A DNA stretch of 64,000 nucleotides from an uncultured Acidobacteriota bacterium (GCA_963731705.1 CAVSWQ010000045.1:981-64980), one strand, 5' to 3'. Shown: positions 1-10,672, numbered from the stretch's first letter. Program-made: numbers and translations. The notes: generated by a model from the letters alone, not told the origin.

Positions 1-254
1 GCCGCAGCCGGCAGAAACTCTGGACCAAGGGTGAAACCTCCGGCCACAAACTGAAGGTCCACGAAGTGCGCGTAGATTGCGACAAGGACGCGCTGCTGGT
101 ACGCGCCGAGCTTGCCGGGCCCGGCTGCTGCCACATGGGCTACCGATCGTGCTTTTTCCGCAAGGTGACGACCGCAGGCGAAGAAGTCATCGCCCAACAG
201 GAATTCAATCCCGACGACGTTTACAGCAGTTCGAAACAGGAGAGCAAAGCATGA
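1..254 (+). CDS. hisI: phosphoribosyl-AMP cyclohydrolase HisI, 3' portion (5' end lies outside the window)
   Basis: The frame is open from the window edge (codons from nt 3) and reads [46 protein letters not shown], the conserved HisI core. The stop TGA at 252-254 overlaps the hisG ATG (ATGA). Confidence 0.9.
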   Translation, partial: RSRQKLWTKGETSGHKLKVHEVRVDCDKDALLVRAELAGPGCCHMGYRSCFFRKVTTAGEEVIAQQEFNPDDVYSSSKQESKA

Positions 255-1129
255 GTTTGAAACTGGGAATCCCCAAGGGCAGCCTGCAGGAGGCTTCCCT
301 GCAATTATTTCGGCGCGCGGGCTACGAGATCACCGTCAGTTCGCGGTCTTATTTTCCTGTGATTGACGACAGCGAAATGGAGTGCATGCTGATTCGCGCC
401 CAGGAAATGGCCCGCTACGTGGAAGACGGCGTGCTCGACGCCGGCATGACCGGCCGTGACTGGGTCCTTGAGAATAACGAAGATGGCAACGGCGTGGTGG
501 AAGTGGCCGACCTGATCTACGCCAAGAATACTTTTGGCAAAGTTCGATGGGTGCTGGCCGTGCCAGAGAAGTCGGACATCCAGAGCGTCAAGGACCTGGA
601 GGGCAAAGTTGTCGCCACCGAACTGGTGAATGTGACAAAGCGTTATCTCGCCAAAAACGGCGTCAAGGCCAAGGTGGAATTCTCCTGGGGAGCGACAGAA
701 GTCAAGCCGCCCGTGCTTGCCGATGCCATTGTTGAAGTCACGGAAACCGGCTCGTCGCTGCGCGCCAACGGCCTGCGGATTGTCGAGACCGTGCTCGAAT
801 CAAACACCAAGTTCATCGTCAACAAGGCCGCCTGGAACGATCCCTGGAAGCACCAGAAGATCGAAACGCTGGTGATGCTGTTGAAAGGGGCCATCGACGC
901 GGCGGGCAAGGTGGGCCTGATGCTGAATGTCAAGCGCGCAGACCTGAAGTCGGTGCTGGACGTGCTTCCGGCGCTGAAGCGCCCCACCATTTCTGACCTC
1001 ACCGATTCGGAATGGGTTGCGGTGAACACGGTGATTGAGGAGAAGACCTCGCGCGAAATCATTCCACGGCTCAAGGCCGCAAACGCGCAGGGTATTGTGG
1101 AGTATCCTCTGAACAAGATCGTCCTCTAG
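251..1129 (+). CDS. hisG: ATP phosphoribosyltransferase, long form with C-terminal regulatory domain
   Basis: The internal ATG at 251 of ORF 77..1129 gives [25 protein letters not shown]..., a typical HisG N-terminus. The product is 292 aa and sits within the his operon. Confidence 0.92.
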   Translation: MSLKLGIPKGSLQEASLQLFRRAGYEITVSSRSYFPVIDDSEMECMLIRAQEMARYVEDGVLDAGMTGRDWVLENNEDGNGVVEVADLIYAKNTFGKVRWVLAVPEKSDIQSVKDLEGKVVATELVNVTKRYLAKNGVKAKVEFSWGATEVKPPVLADAIVEVTETGSSLRANGLRIVETVLESNTKFIVNKAAWNDPWKHQKIETLVMLLKGAIDAAGKVGLMLNVKRADLKSVLDVLPALKRPTISDLTDSEWVAVNTVIEEKTSREIIPRLKAANAQGIVEYPLNKIVL

Positions 1130-1173
1130 GGTTGTGCGTCCGGCCGCAACGGCCGGGCCGAGAGAGATGCGTT

Positions 1174-1761
1174 ATGGAATACCGGAGAGTCTGCGTTTAT
1201 TGCGGTTCAAGCCGCCAGTGCGATGCCACCTACCTCAACGCCGCGGAGCAACTGGGCCGGGTGCTGGCCCGGAACAACTTTACGGTGGTCTATGGCGGCG
1301 GCGCTGCCGGTTCCATGAACAGTCTCGCCGAGGGCGTGATGGCCGAGGGCGGCCGCCTCGTGGGCGTGATTCCGGAATTCATGGTCAAGCTGGAATGGGT
1401 GAATCCGAAGCTGCCTGAAACCATCGTGGTCAATGACATGCACGAGCGCAAGAAGCGGATGATTGATGGCGTGGATGCCGTGATCGCCCTTCCCGGCGGG
1501 TGCGGCACGCTGGAAGAATTGATGGAGGCCATCACCTGGAAGCGGCTGGGCCTTTATCTTGGGGCCATCGTCATCCTGAACACGCAATCTTACTACCAGC
1601 CGCTCATCAGCCTGCTCGACCGGTGCATCGGCGAGCGCTTTATGGATTCCCGGCACGCCCGCATGTGGAGCGTTGTGGGAGAACCGGAAGAAGTTCCGCA
1701 GGCCATTTCCGCCGCCGCACCATGGAGCAAGGACTGCCGGGACTTTGCGGCGCTGAGGTAA
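1174..1761 (+). CDS. LOG family protein (TIGR00730-type Rossmann fold, cytokinin riboside 5'-monophosphate phosphoribohydrolase-like)
   Basis: ATG at 1174. The motifs VYGGG..G.M and PGGCGTLEEL..ITW are characteristic of the LOG/lysine-decarboxylase-like family. Confidence 0.85.
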   Translation: MEYRRVCVYCGSSRQCDATYLNAAEQLGRVLARNNFTVVYGGGAAGSMNSLAEGVMAEGGRLVGVIPEFMVKLEWVNPKLPETIVVNDMHERKKRMIDGVDAVIALPGGCGTLEELMEAITWKRLGLYLGAIVILNTQSYYQPLISLLDRCIGERFMDSRHARMWSVVGEPEEVPQAISAAAPWSKDCRDFAALR

Positions 1762-1818
1762 GTTAAGCAGCTGGAACCGAGCCGACTGCGTCCGGCGAGC
1801 CTTCGAATCTGGGACACA

Positions 1819-3117
1819 GTGATGATTCCAATTTTTCGCAGTACCGACACCAGGAACCTTCAACGAGTTCTCCGCTCCGGAGAGACTCAGCTGAAGAAAG
1901 CCGAAGCCGCCGCCCGGCGCATACTGAATGACGTCCGGCGCGATGGCGATAGTGCGCTGCAGCGCTGGACTTTGCAACTCGACAAGATGGATCTCGCACG
2001 GGAAGGCTTCACCGTCAAGCGGCGCGAGATCATGAAGGCCTACCGCCAGGTTCCCGAAGGATTTGTGGCCGCCGTCCAGACCTCGGCACGGAATATTCGC
2101 AGAGCCGCGCGGGAGCAATTGCCGCGCGCGTGGCAGATCACGAACGGCCCGGGCATTGAAGTCAGCCAGATGGTGCGGCCGCTCGCCCGCGTGGCGTGCT
2201 ACGTGCCCGGCGGCCGCTTCCCGCTGCCCTCCACGGTGCTGATGAGCGTGATTCCGGCACAGGTTGCCGGCGTCGAGGAGATTTTCGTCACTTCGCCGCG
2301 CCCCGCACCCGCCGTCCTGGTCACCGCCGATATGCTCGGCATCAAGAAGATCTTCCGCCTCGGCGGAGCACAGGCCATTGGCGCGTTTGCCTACGGCACG
2401 GAAAGCGTTCCGCGCGCCGACAAGATTGTGGGGCCCGGCAACCGCTACGTTGCCGCCGCCAAAAAGCTGGTGGCCGGCGATTGCGGAATCGACTTTGTGG
2501 CCGGTCCCTCGGAGCTGATGGTAGTGGCGTCGAAGGGCAACGCCGGGTGGATCGCTTCCGACCTGGTGGCGCAGGCCGAACACGATCCCGACGCCGTGGC
2601 CATCTTCCTGACGCCCTCGCGCAAGCTGGCGCTGGAAGTTCAGGGCGCCGTGGAAAAAATTCTGGAAGAGGTTTTCGCGAAGGAGACGGACGTTCCTGCA
2701 AAGGCACTGAAAGGGCACGGAGCGGTGGTGGTGACGAAGAACCTGGAGGAAGCCATCGATCTGGTCAACGACTTTGCTCCCGAGCACCTCACGCTGCTCG
2801 ACGGAGCCAGCCGCATGCTCCGCCGCGTTCGCTCGGCCGGCTCCATCTTTCTCGGCGAAACCAGTCCCGTTGCGGCGGGCGACTACGCTTCCGGAACCAA
2901 TCACATTCTGCCCACCGCCGGAGCGGCGCGCCTGCGCGGCGGATTGAGCGCGGCCGATTTCGTCAAGACGATTTCCGTGCAGGAACTCACCCCGCAGGGT
3001 CTCGGGCGCATTCGCAAAACCATTACCACGCTGGCCCGCACCGAGGGCCTGAAAGCGCACGCCTACTCCATCGAAACGAGGTTCAAGGCAAATGCTTCGA
3101 CCGCGAAAGGCCGTTGA
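1819..3117 (+). CDS. hisD: histidinol dehydrogenase
   Basis: 432 aa. Contains the GPGN.YV..AK, SQAEHD and PEHL motifs of HisD and lies in the his operon. Confidence 0.93.
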   Translation: MMIPIFRSTDTRNLQRVLRSGETQLKKAEAAARRILNDVRRDGDSALQRWTLQLDKMDLAREGFTVKRREIMKAYRQVPEGFVAAVQTSARNIRRAAREQLPRAWQITNGPGIEVSQMVRPLARVACYVPGGRFPLPSTVLMSVIPAQVAGVEEIFVTSPRPAPAVLVTADMLGIKKIFRLGGAQAIGAFAYGTESVPRADKIVGPGNRYVAAAKKLVAGDCGIDFVAGPSELMVVASKGNAGWIASDLVAQAEHDPDAVAIFLTPSRKLALEVQGAVEKILEEVFAKETDVPAKALKGHGAVVVTKNLEEAIDLVNDFAPEHLTLLDGASRMLRRVRSAGSIFLGETSPVAAGDYASGTNHILPTAGAARLRGGLSAADFVKTISVQELTPQGLGRIRKTITTLARTEGLKAHAYSIETRFKANASTAKGR

Positions 3118-4216
3118 GCGCCTGAAAGCTTACCACCCGCCTCGCGAGGGACGCGGCGGAAAGCTCCGGCTCGACTTTAATGAAAACACGGTGGGTTGCG
3201 CGCCGCAGGTCATTCGCGCTCTGCGCAACAAGCTCGATGGTGACTGGCTCTCGCGCTATCCGGAATACGAAGAGGCGCGCGAAGCGCTTGCTCGATACTT
3301 TGGCGTGTCCGCGGACGAACTGCTGCTGGCCAACGGCACCGACGACGCCATCAAGATGGTCTGCGACACGTTCGTAGGCCCGGGCGATGAGATGATTGTT
3401 CCCGCGCCCACGTTTCCTGTCTATGAGTTCTTCCACACCGTCGCCGGCGGGCGCACCACGCGCGTCCGCTACGATGAGAAATTTCGTCTCACCGCGCACA
3501 TGCTGCTTTCCGCCGTCAACAAGCGCACCCGCTGGATAGCCATCGCCAATCCCAACAACCCCACGGGCACCGTGGTTTCACAGCCGGACCTGCGCCGGAT
3601 TCTGCGCGAAGCTCCCGACGTGCTGGTGCTGGTGGACGAGGCTTACGTCGATTTCTCCGGCCAGACGGTCCTGCCCTGGATCAGAAAGTATCCCAACCTC
3701 GTGGTCACGCGAACCTTCTCCAAGGCTTTTGGCCTGGCCGCGCTGCGCCTCGGCTGCATCCTCACCAACGCCCGAATCGCGGAACCCATGCGCCGTTCTC
3801 AAAACCCCTTTGCGGTGAATTCGCTGGCGCTGGCCTGCGCGCTTGAAGCCATCAAGCATGACAAATACGTCGCCCGCTACGCCCGGCAGGTTTGCGCCAA
3901 CCGCGACAAACTCTGCCGCTTTCTCGACAAGATCGGAATCCCTTATGTGCCGAGTTCATCGAATTTCGTCCTGGCGCGTGTGGGCGCAAGGGCTTCGGAA
4001 ATTGCCCTCAAGCTGCGCGACCAGAAGATCCTGATTCGCGATTGGAGTTACGATCCGCGCCTGCAGGGGTATCTGCGTTTCACCATCGGCTCGACTGAAC
4101 AGACGCGCCGGCTGATGCAGGGGCTCGCGGAGTTTGAACCCATGATGGAAACGCGCAACGGGGCTGGCCCCGCTCGGAAGTCTTCAGCCAAATCTTCAAG
4201 AGGACGGTCCAAATGA
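3092..4216 (+). CDS. hisC: histidinol-phosphate aminotransferase
   Basis: 374 aa class-II aminotransferase ([25 protein letters not shown]-lysine motif). Overlaps the hisD end, and its stop overlaps the hisB ATG. Confidence 0.9.
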   Translation: MLRPRKAVERLKAYHPPREGRGGKLRLDFNENTVGCAPQVIRALRNKLDGDWLSRYPEYEEAREALARYFGVSADELLLANGTDDAIKMVCDTFVGPGDEMIVPAPTFPVYEFFHTVAGGRTTRVRYDEKFRLTAHMLLSAVNKRTRWIAIANPNNPTGTVVSQPDLRRILREAPDVLVLVDEAYVDFSGQTVLPWIRKYPNLVVTRTFSKAFGLAALRLGCILTNARIAEPMRRSQNPFAVNSLALACALEAIKHDKYVARYARQVCANRDKLCRFLDKIGIPYVPSSSNFVLARVGARASEIALKLRDQKILIRDWSYDPRLQGYLRFTIGSTEQTRRLMQGLAEFEPMMETRNGAGPARKSSAKSSRGRSK

Positions 4217-4806
4217 AGGCGCGCACGGCATCACTCCATCGCAAGACCACGGAAACCGACATTCGCATGCGGCTCAATCTTGATGGCCAGGGGAAGTACT
4301 CGGTTTCCACGGGCATCCGCTTTCTTGACCACATGCTGGAGCTCTTTGCGCGCCACGGCGGCTTCGATCTCGACCTCACAGCGCGCGGCGACCTTGATGT
4401 TGACCAGCATCACACGGTTGAGGACGTGGGCATCGCGCTGGGCGAGGTTCTGCTCAAGGCACTTGGAACAAAGAAAGGGATCAATCGCGCGGGCTACTTT
4501 GTGATGCCCATGGACGAGACGCTGGCGCTGGCTTCGGTTGACCTGAGCGGCCGGCCTTACCTGGTGTTGCAGGCGCCCATCCGCGCCCGCCTGGTGGGCG
4601 ATCTGCAGTCTGAGCTGCTGGAAGATTTCTTCCAGGGATTTGCCACCAGCGCCAAAGCCAACGTGCACCTTAAGATTTTTTATGGCCGCTCCAGCCACCA
4701 CGCGATTGAGGCGCTGTTCAAGGCGCTGGCGCGCGCGCTGCGTTATGCCTGCTCGCGCGACGCGCGGCTGAAAGACCAGCTTCCTTCCACCAAAGGACTC
4801 TTATGA
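4213..4806 (+). CDS. hisB: imidazoleglycerol-phosphate dehydratase
   Basis: 197 aa. Contains [19 protein letters not shown] and HH..EA.FKA motifs. ATGA overlaps occur at both ends. Confidence 0.93.
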   Translation: MKARTASLHRKTTETDIRMRLNLDGQGKYSVSTGIRFLDHMLELFARHGGFDLDLTARGDLDVDQHHTVEDVGIALGEVLLKALGTKKGINRAGYFVMPMDETLALASVDLSGRPYLVLQAPIRARLVGDLQSELLEDFFQGFATSAKANVHLKIFYGRSSHHAIEALFKALARALRYACSRDARLKDQLPSTKGLL

Positions 4807-5397
4807 TCGGAGTGATCAACTACGGCGCCGGCAACGTCGGCTCAGTGCTTCGGGCCGTGCAATTTCTCGGATATCCGGCTGAAGCTGTCGAAGACCCGCG
4901 ACTGTTGCAGTCCGCCGATCGCCTCATTCTGCCCGGCCAGGGACATTTCGGCTCCATGATGGAAGCGCTGGAATCGAAAAAGATGGTCACCCCGCTGCGG
5001 GAGCAGATGGCCGCGCGGCAAGCCGTTCCTGGGAATCTGCCTGGGCCTTCAGGCGCTCTATGAAACCAGCGACGAAGCTCCGGACCGCACAGGTTTCGGA
5101 CTTCTTCAGGGCCACGTGACAAAGTTTGAAGGAGTTTTCAAAATCCCGCACCTCGGCTGGAACCAGTTGCAGATTCGCCGCCAGGACGGCCTTTTCGATG
5201 GCGTCGCCGACGGTAGCTTTGCCTACTTCTGCCATTCGTATTACGGCCCGGTGACGGCAGAAACGACGGCGGTCACTGAATACGGCCAGAACTTCGCGGC
5301 CGCCGTCCGGGTGGGCTCGGTCTACGCCGTGCAGTTCCATCCGGAAAAATCCGGCGACATAGGGCTGAAGGTGCTCGAGAATTTCTTGAAGTCCTGA
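4803..5397 (+). pseudogene. hisH: imidazole glycerol phosphate synthase glutaminase subunit HisH, interrupted by a 1-nt frameshift near 5013-5017
   Basis: ORF 4803..5063 carries the N-terminal part ([20 protein letters not shown]). The remainder ([32 protein letters not shown]) continues in the +1 frame through to 5397. The junction is gcc gcg C ggc aag. Confidence 0.85.
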
Positions 5398-5462
5398 GGT
5401 TGCGAAAGAACGGGCGGGTTGACTCGCGCGGCCCTGCACGCTCTGCCGATAGAAAGAACTCT

Positions 5463-6236
5463 ATGTTTGCCAAACGCATTATTCCGTGCCTTGATTGCAA
5501 AGACGGCCGTGTGGTCAAAGGGGTACAGTTCGTCGATCTGCGTGACGCCGGCGATCCCGGCGAACTGGCCGCCATGTATAACACCGAGGGCGCCGATGAG
5601 CTGGTGATGCTCGACATTTCGGCCTCGCGCGAAGGCCGCGCGACCCTGATGGACACCGTCAACCGCGTAGCTCGAAGGCTTTTTATTCCGCTCACCGTGG
5701 GCGGCGGCGTGCGCACCATTGAAGACGCCCAGCGGCTGCTTTCCGTGGGCGCCGACAAGGTGGCCATCAACACCGCCGCGGTTGAAAATCCTGAAATCGT
5801 GCGGCAACTCGCGGCACAGTTCGGGCGCCAGGCGATTGTGGTGGCCATTGACGCCCGGCGGCAACCGCGCCGCGAGCAGGAATCCACGCGCTGGAACGTG
5901 GTGACCTACGGCGGCACGAAGGACACGGGCATCGATGCGCTCGAGTGGGCCCGCCGTGTGGACCAGTTGGGAGCGGGAGAAATCCTGCTGACTTCTATGG
6001 ACGCCGACGGCACCCAGGCAGGTTTTGATTGCGAACTGACAGCCACCATCGCCCGCGCCGTGCCCATCCCGGTGATCGCTTCGGGCGGCGCCGGAAACCT
6101 GGAGCACTTTGCCGACGTTTTTCTCGACGGAGCGGCGGACGCGGCGCTGGCCGCTTCCATTTTCCATTTCGGCACCCACACCATCCGCAGCCTCAAAGAA
6201 CATCTTCGTTCCAAAGGAGTCTCAGTCCGCCTGTGA
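5463..6236 (+). CDS. hisF: imidazole glycerol phosphate synthase cyclase subunit
   Basis: ATG at 5463 gives [31 protein letters not shown]..., the canonical HisF sequence. 257 aa. Confidence 0.93.
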   Translation: MFAKRIIPCLDCKDGRVVKGVQFVDLRDAGDPGELAAMYNTEGADELVMLDISASREGRATLMDTVNRVARRLFIPLTVGGGVRTIEDAQRLLSVGADKVAINTAAVENPEIVRQLAAQFGRQAIVVAIDARRQPRREQESTRWNVVTYGGTKDTGIDALEWARRVDQLGAGEILLTSMDADGTQAGFDCELTATIARAVPIPVIASGGAGNLEHFADVFLDGAADAALAASIFHFGTHTIRSLKEHLRSKGVSVRL

Positions 6237-6916
6237 TTATTCCGTGCATCGATCTGATGGGCCGCAAAGTGGTGCAGCTTGTCCAGGGCAAAAGCAAAGC
6301 CCTCGAGCTGCCCGACCCCTTTGCCGTGCTCGAAAAATTCAAAGACTATCCGCAGATTCAGGTGATCGATCTCGACGGCGCCATGGGCCGCGCCTCGCAG
6401 GCCGACATCGTTCGCGAGCTTTGCCGGCGCAAGCCCTGCCGGGTGGGCGGCGGCATTCGCACCCTCGAGCGCGCCCTGCAGGTTGAACAGGACGGCGCCC
6501 ACAAAATCATCGTGGGCAGCTCGGCGTTCACCTCCGACGGGATTAACACCGATTTTCTCCGCATGCTTTCTGAACGCATCCCGCGCGAAAAGTTGATGAT
6601 CGGCGTCGACTGCTTCGGCAACCGCGTGGCCATCCACGGCTGGAAGGACACGCTTCCCATGGCGCCCGCGGAAGTTCTTCCCCGGCTTGAACCTTACTGC
6701 TCGGAATTTCTGTGCACCTATATCGACGCTGAAGGAAAGCTGCAGGGCACCGACCTCGAATATTTCCGCGCCCTGCGCGCCGTCACTACCCTGCCCATCA
6801 CCGCGGCCGGCGGCATTACCACCGACGATGAAATTCGGGCGCTCGAAGAGATGGGCATGAATGCGGCGCTGGGGATGTCGATCTATCGCAAAACGTTCCC
6901 CGAATTGTTTGCCTGA
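6233..6916 (+). CDS. hisA: ProFAR isomerase (HisA/His6-type)
   Basis: GTG at 6233 overlaps the hisF stop (GTGA). The product [32 protein letters not shown] is a (beta/alpha)8 HisA-like protein. The start codon is inferred. Confidence 0.8.
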   Translation: MIIPCIDLMGRKVVQLVQGKSKALELPDPFAVLEKFKDYPQIQVIDLDGAMGRASQADIVRELCRRKPCRVGGGIRTLERALQVEQDGAHKIIVGSSAFTSDGINTDFLRMLSERIPREKLMIGVDCFGNRVAIHGWKDTLPMAPAEVLPRLEPYCSEFLCTYIDAEGKLQGTDLEYFRALRAVTTLPITAAGGITTDDEIRALEEMGMNAALGMSIYRKTFPELFA

Positions 6917-7035
6917 AACAGGAAAAGCCGGCAAGCGGCTCACCCTCGTGGATTAATATAGAAGCCGGGCCCCCGGTTGGGGCATCGAGACGTCCGTTGT
7001 TGCGGGGTGCAAGACCCAACGAAATTTGAGGTGCT

Positions 7036-8844
7036 ATGCGCTGGGCCAGATCGTGGATCTTATGCGCGGCTTTTTATTATCCGGCCCTGTGGCTGGCAGT
7101 GTCGTGCGTCTGGGCCCTTCCCGGGCTTGTGCGCAGCACCTTCCTGGGTGAACACATCGTCGAACTTCGCCCCACGGCCTTTGGCCTGATGCTCTGGAGC
7201 GCTCCTTCCAACCCCGCCACTCACCCCGGTATGGGCCGCGGGTTTTTCACTTTTTTGCCTTCCGGGTGGATTCTGGTTCCGCTGGCCGCGGCGGTTGCTT
7301 TGGCGCTGGTCCGCGCGGGTCGTACCCGGCGCGTTCTCGGCGGCCTGATGGTCGCCGTGCTGGCGGATGTGGCCCTGGTGCTGCCGTTCGCGCGGTTCCG
7401 TGGAACATTCCACGCGAGCGTACTTCTCATCTTTTCTTCCATCTTCTTCATCGCCCTGCTCTGCCTGGGCCTCTATTGGATGTCAGCCGCCTGGGCCGGC
7501 AGCGGATACGGGTCGCGCCTGGCGGGCTTATGGGCGGTTGCCGCGCTCGTGCCGCTGGTGCTCTGGTTTATGTTCCGAATTCTTCAGGCGTCCCGGTTCG
7601 GAAATTTCCTCTGGATGCTCGCTCCTCCGGCTGCCGTTGCGGCAGTCCTGGCGGGCTTGCGCGTTCCTGAAAGTTCCGCAGCAGACTCGCAGCCCATAAG
7701 TTCGCGGGCCATTCTCTCCGGCCTGGCCGCCACCGTTTTGCTGGCTGCGGGCGTCGCCTGGGGCGGGCCGGTAATCGTCCATGCATTCCAGCGGCAACAG
7801 CAGCGGGCCAACCAGGCGGCGGTGGCAAAGCTACCGCCCATTCAGGTTGACGCTCCCTATCCCCGAGTTTTTTTCCAGAAGGGCGTCAGCTTTTCCGCCG
7901 AGTTTCCCAATCCCTATGCCAGCCCGGGCGCGCGGCAGATGCTCCGCACGCTGCACGCGGACGGGGTGAATGCCGTGGCGCTGGTTCCTTACGGGGGCAT
8001 GCAACTCGGCTCGCCGGAAGTGCGCGGATTCGGGCAGCACAGCTGGGAAAGTGACGAGGGGCTGCGCGAACTCACGCGCCTGGCCCACGCCATTGGAATG
8101 AAGGTGATGCTCAAGCCCGGCATCTGGATCCGCGGGCATTTTGGCGGGGACATCGAATTTCCAGATCCCGCCGACCGCGAAAAGTGGTTTGACAATTACG
8201 GCAACTTCATCGAGCGCTACGCAAAGCTGGCCGCCGAAATCCACGCGGACCTGTTTTGTGTGGGCGGCGAGTTCGTCCGCATGTCGCGATTCGACGCGCA
8301 GTGGCGCAACCTGATTGCAAACGTCCGCAAGGTTTATCCGGGCCCTGTGACCTACGCCGCCAACTTCGGCGAGGAATTCCAGAATCTCAAGTTCTGGGAC
8401 GCGCTCGATTTCATCGGCCTGCAGGATTACTACCCGCTGCCCGATGATCTATCCACCACAGCGGTGGTGCAAAAGGTTGAAGCCGTGCAGAAGCGCTTCC
8501 ACAAGCCCGTCATTTTCACCGAGGTTGGATTCCCCAGCATGCCCGGCGCGAATCGCCATCCCTGGCAGGACGGCAAGTCCGGCAACGCCGACCCGCAACT
8601 CCAGGCCCGTTGTTACCGCGCGGTTTTCCAGGCCTTCTACGGCAAGCCGTGGTTTGAAGGCATGTACTGGTGGAAGGTGGGAACCAACGGTTTTGGCGGG
8701 GCGGATGATACTTCGCTCACCCCGTGGGGCAAGCCGGCCATGCAGGTGGTCAGGAAGTGGTACGAAAGCAGCGGCAGGCAGAACGCCGGAACGAGCGAAA
8801 CCGCGTCGAAACCAGGCCCGGCCTCACCTCAGGAATCCAGGTAG
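7036..8844 (+). CDS. polytopic membrane domain fused to a TIM-barrel glycoside-hydrolase-like domain (clan GH-A, GH113/GH5-like)
   Basis: 602 aa. The first roughly 260 aa contain multiple hydrophobic helices. The C-terminal roughly 330 aa carry GVSFS..., VGGEF and VIFTEVGF motifs resembling GH-A acid/base and nucleophile strands. Confidence 0.5.
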   Translation: MRWARSWILCAAFYYPALWLAVSCVWALPGLVRSTFLGEHIVELRPTAFGLMLWSAPSNPATHPGMGRGFFTFLPSGWILVPLAAAVALALVRAGRTRRVLGGLMVAVLADVALVLPFARFRGTFHASVLLIFSSIFFIALLCLGLYWMSAAWAGSGYGSRLAGLWAVAALVPLVLWFMFRILQASRFGNFLWMLAPPAAVAAVLAGLRVPESSAADSQPISSRAILSGLAATVLLAAGVAWGGPVIVHAFQRQQQRANQAAVAKLPPIQVDAPYPRVFFQKGVSFSAEFPNPYASPGARQMLRTLHADGVNAVALVPYGGMQLGSPEVRGFGQHSWESDEGLRELTRLAHAIGMKVMLKPGIWIRGHFGGDIEFPDPADREKWFDNYGNFIERYAKLAAEIHADLFCVGGEFVRMSRFDAQWRNLIANVRKVYPGPVTYAANFGEEFQNLKFWDALDFIGLQDYYPLPDDLSTTAVVQKVEAVQKRFHKPVIFTEVGFPSMPGANRHPWQDGKSGNADPQLQARCYRAVFQAFYGKPWFEGMYWWKVGTNGFGGADDTSLTPWGKPAMQVVRKWYESSGRQNAGTSETASKPGPASPQESR

Positions 8845-9983
8845 ATTCGCGGCACGCGCTTGCCGATGGAGCAGAGGACTTCATAGGGGACCGTGCCCAC
8901 CGTTTCGGCGATGTCAAGCGCCGTCACCGAGCAATCGTCCGCCTGCCCCAGCAGGATGATTTCATCGCCGATATCCACGCCCGGAACGTCTGTCACGTCC
9001 AGCAGCGTCAGGTCCATGCTGATGTTGCCCACGATGCGGGCAACGCGCCCGCGCACCAGCGCCCGCCCGCGGTTGGAAAGCGCGCGGTTCAGCCCATCGG
9101 CATAACCCACGGGCACGGTGGCGATGCGCGACCGGCGGCGCGTGTGGAACGCCGCGCCATAACCGAGCGGGGTCCCGCTGGGCACATCCTTCAGGTAAAC
9201 CACGCGAGACTTCAGCGTCAGGACCGGCTCAACCTGCGGCGGCCCGGGAGATTCCCGGCTGGGCTGCGGCATGAGCGGCAGGCAGTAGCCGTAAAGCAGC
9301 GCGCCGATGCGAACCAGGTTTTCAGGAAAAGGCCAGCCCGCCACCAGCGCGGCGCTGTTGCCCACATGGATCCATTCCGGCTCAAGGCCCAGCCCGCGCA
9401 CCTGGCTGAGCGCTTTTTCAAAGCCGGCCGCCTGGTCTTCGGTCTGCGATGCCACCAGGTCTTCGGCGGAGGCGAGATGCGTAAACAGGCCTTTCATCTC
9501 CAGGCCCGGAAGCTCGCGGTAGTGCTCGACAAATGCTTTCAGCCGGTCGGGCGGCAAGCCCAGGCGGCCCATGCCGGTGTCCACCTTCAGGTGGAACTGG
9601 ATGGGCTTGCCCAGGCGGCGAGCGCATTCGGAATAGGTATCGAGGCGCGCCGTGGAGGAAAGGGTGGGCGTCAGTCCATATTCAATCAGGTGGGCGGGGT
9701 CGCTCATGTAAAGCCCGCCCAGCAGCAGGATCGGCTGCTCCACGCCGGCGGCGCGCAACTCCAGGCCTTCCTCCACCGTGGCCACGCCAAACCAGTCAGC
9801 GCCAGCTTCCGCCAGGGTTTGGGCAACGGTAACGGCGCCGTGCCCGTAGGCGTCCGCCTTCACCACGGCCATCACCCGGCGGGGGCCCGCCATCCGGCGC
9901 ACGTATTCAAAGTTGCGGCGAAGTCTGGGCAGCGAGATTTCCGCCCAGGTGGGCCGCAAAAGAGTTTGGGTATCTGCTTTCAC
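8829..9983 (-). CDS. alr: alanine racemase
   Basis: 384 aa. Contains the AVVKADAYGHG PLP-lysine motif and a typical Alr C-terminal beta domain. Confidence 0.92.
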   Translation of the reverse strand: MKADTQTLLRPTWAEISLPRLRRNFEYVRRMAGPRRVMAVVKADAYGHGAVTVAQTLAEAGADWFGVATVEEGLELRAAGVEQPILLLGGLYMSDPAHLIEYGLTPTLSSTARLDTYSECARRLGKPIQFHLKVDTGMGRLGLPPDRLKAFVEHYRELPGLEMKGLFTHLASAEDLVASQTEDQAAGFEKALSQVRGLGLEPEWIHVGNSAALVAGWPFPENLVRIGALLYGYCLPLMPQPSRESPGPPQVEPVLTLKSRVVYLKDVPSGTPLGYGAAFHTRRRSRIATVPVGYADGLNRALSNRGRALVRGRVARIVGNISMDLTLLDVTDVPGVDIGDEIILLGQADDCSVTALDIAETVGTVPYEVLCSIGKRVPRIYLDS

Positions 9984-10094
9984 TCGACTTTATATGGCCC
10001 CGGCAGCACGAAAGGTCGAAAATTCATCACGCTCTGGCATTGCACCATTCCTCCGGTTCTTCCAAGGCAATCCCAGTCGGTGTAAGGAAGGGAA

Positions 10095-10607
10095 TCATAT
10101 TCCTAGCACACTGCCCATGCTCTTCGATCCGGCCGTTTGATTCTGCTGTCCTTGCGCATGGCGGTCAGCCGCGATGTACAGGCAGTCTTCCGCGTCGTGC
10201 TTACCCGTACACAGAAAGCACAGCGTTGTTTTGTGCTTCCTGCAATACAACATGGCACGGGGCCGCTTGCAATCGTCGCAGATAATACCCGTTGGCGGGT
10301 TGTCCCAGACACCCCTTGAATACGACTCCGGGGCAGTCGCTGAGCCCATGTTCTTGAATGAGTCTGCAAGCACCTCGAAAGTTATCGCTGCCTGGGTTCG
10401 AGCGCTGCGGTTCGCGGCCCAAATCATCCCGACGATTAACACCCAGGCCACAAATGACCCGACGGTCAAGGCCGCCCAGGCCACAAGAACCGGCAGCATC
10501 CGCGGCTGCGTGAAGAAGCCGTGCCAGACGGCGACACTCACGCCGAACACAATAGCGGAAAGGGCCGCCACTAAGCCAATCAATCGCAACCACCACGGGT
10601 TTTTCAT
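10095..10607 (-). CDS. hypothetical membrane protein with a C-terminal Cys/His-rich (zinc-finger-like) module
   Basis: 170 aa. Two or three N-terminal TM helices are followed by CDDCKRPRAMLYCRKHKTTLCFLCTGKHDAEDC. No family was recognised. Confidence 0.5.
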   Translation of the reverse strand: MKNPWWLRLIGLVAALSAIVFGVSVAVWHGFFTQPRMLPVLVAWAALTVGSFVAWVLIVGMIWAANRSARTQAAITFEVLADSFKNMGSATAPESYSRGVWDNPPTGIICDDCKRPRAMLYCRKHKTTLCFLCTGKHDAEDCLYIAADRHAQGQQNQTAGSKSMGSVLGI

Positions 10608-10672
10608 CGTTCTCCTTTCGTTTCTAAGGAGCTTTCTGCAACGACGACATGCGAGCGGGCTGGCACAGAAGA

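Noticed and set aside
1207-3060. 617-aa ORF on the minus strand opposite LOG and hisD
   Set aside because: It is a shadow ORF typical of high-GC DNA. It is Arg/Gly/Ala-rich with low complexity and lies antisense to a well-conserved hisD frame.
8724-10085. 453-aa plus-strand ORF overlapping alr
   Set aside because: It is antisense to alanine racemase, which carries clear motifs. Its composition (R/H/G/A-rich) is non-protein-like.
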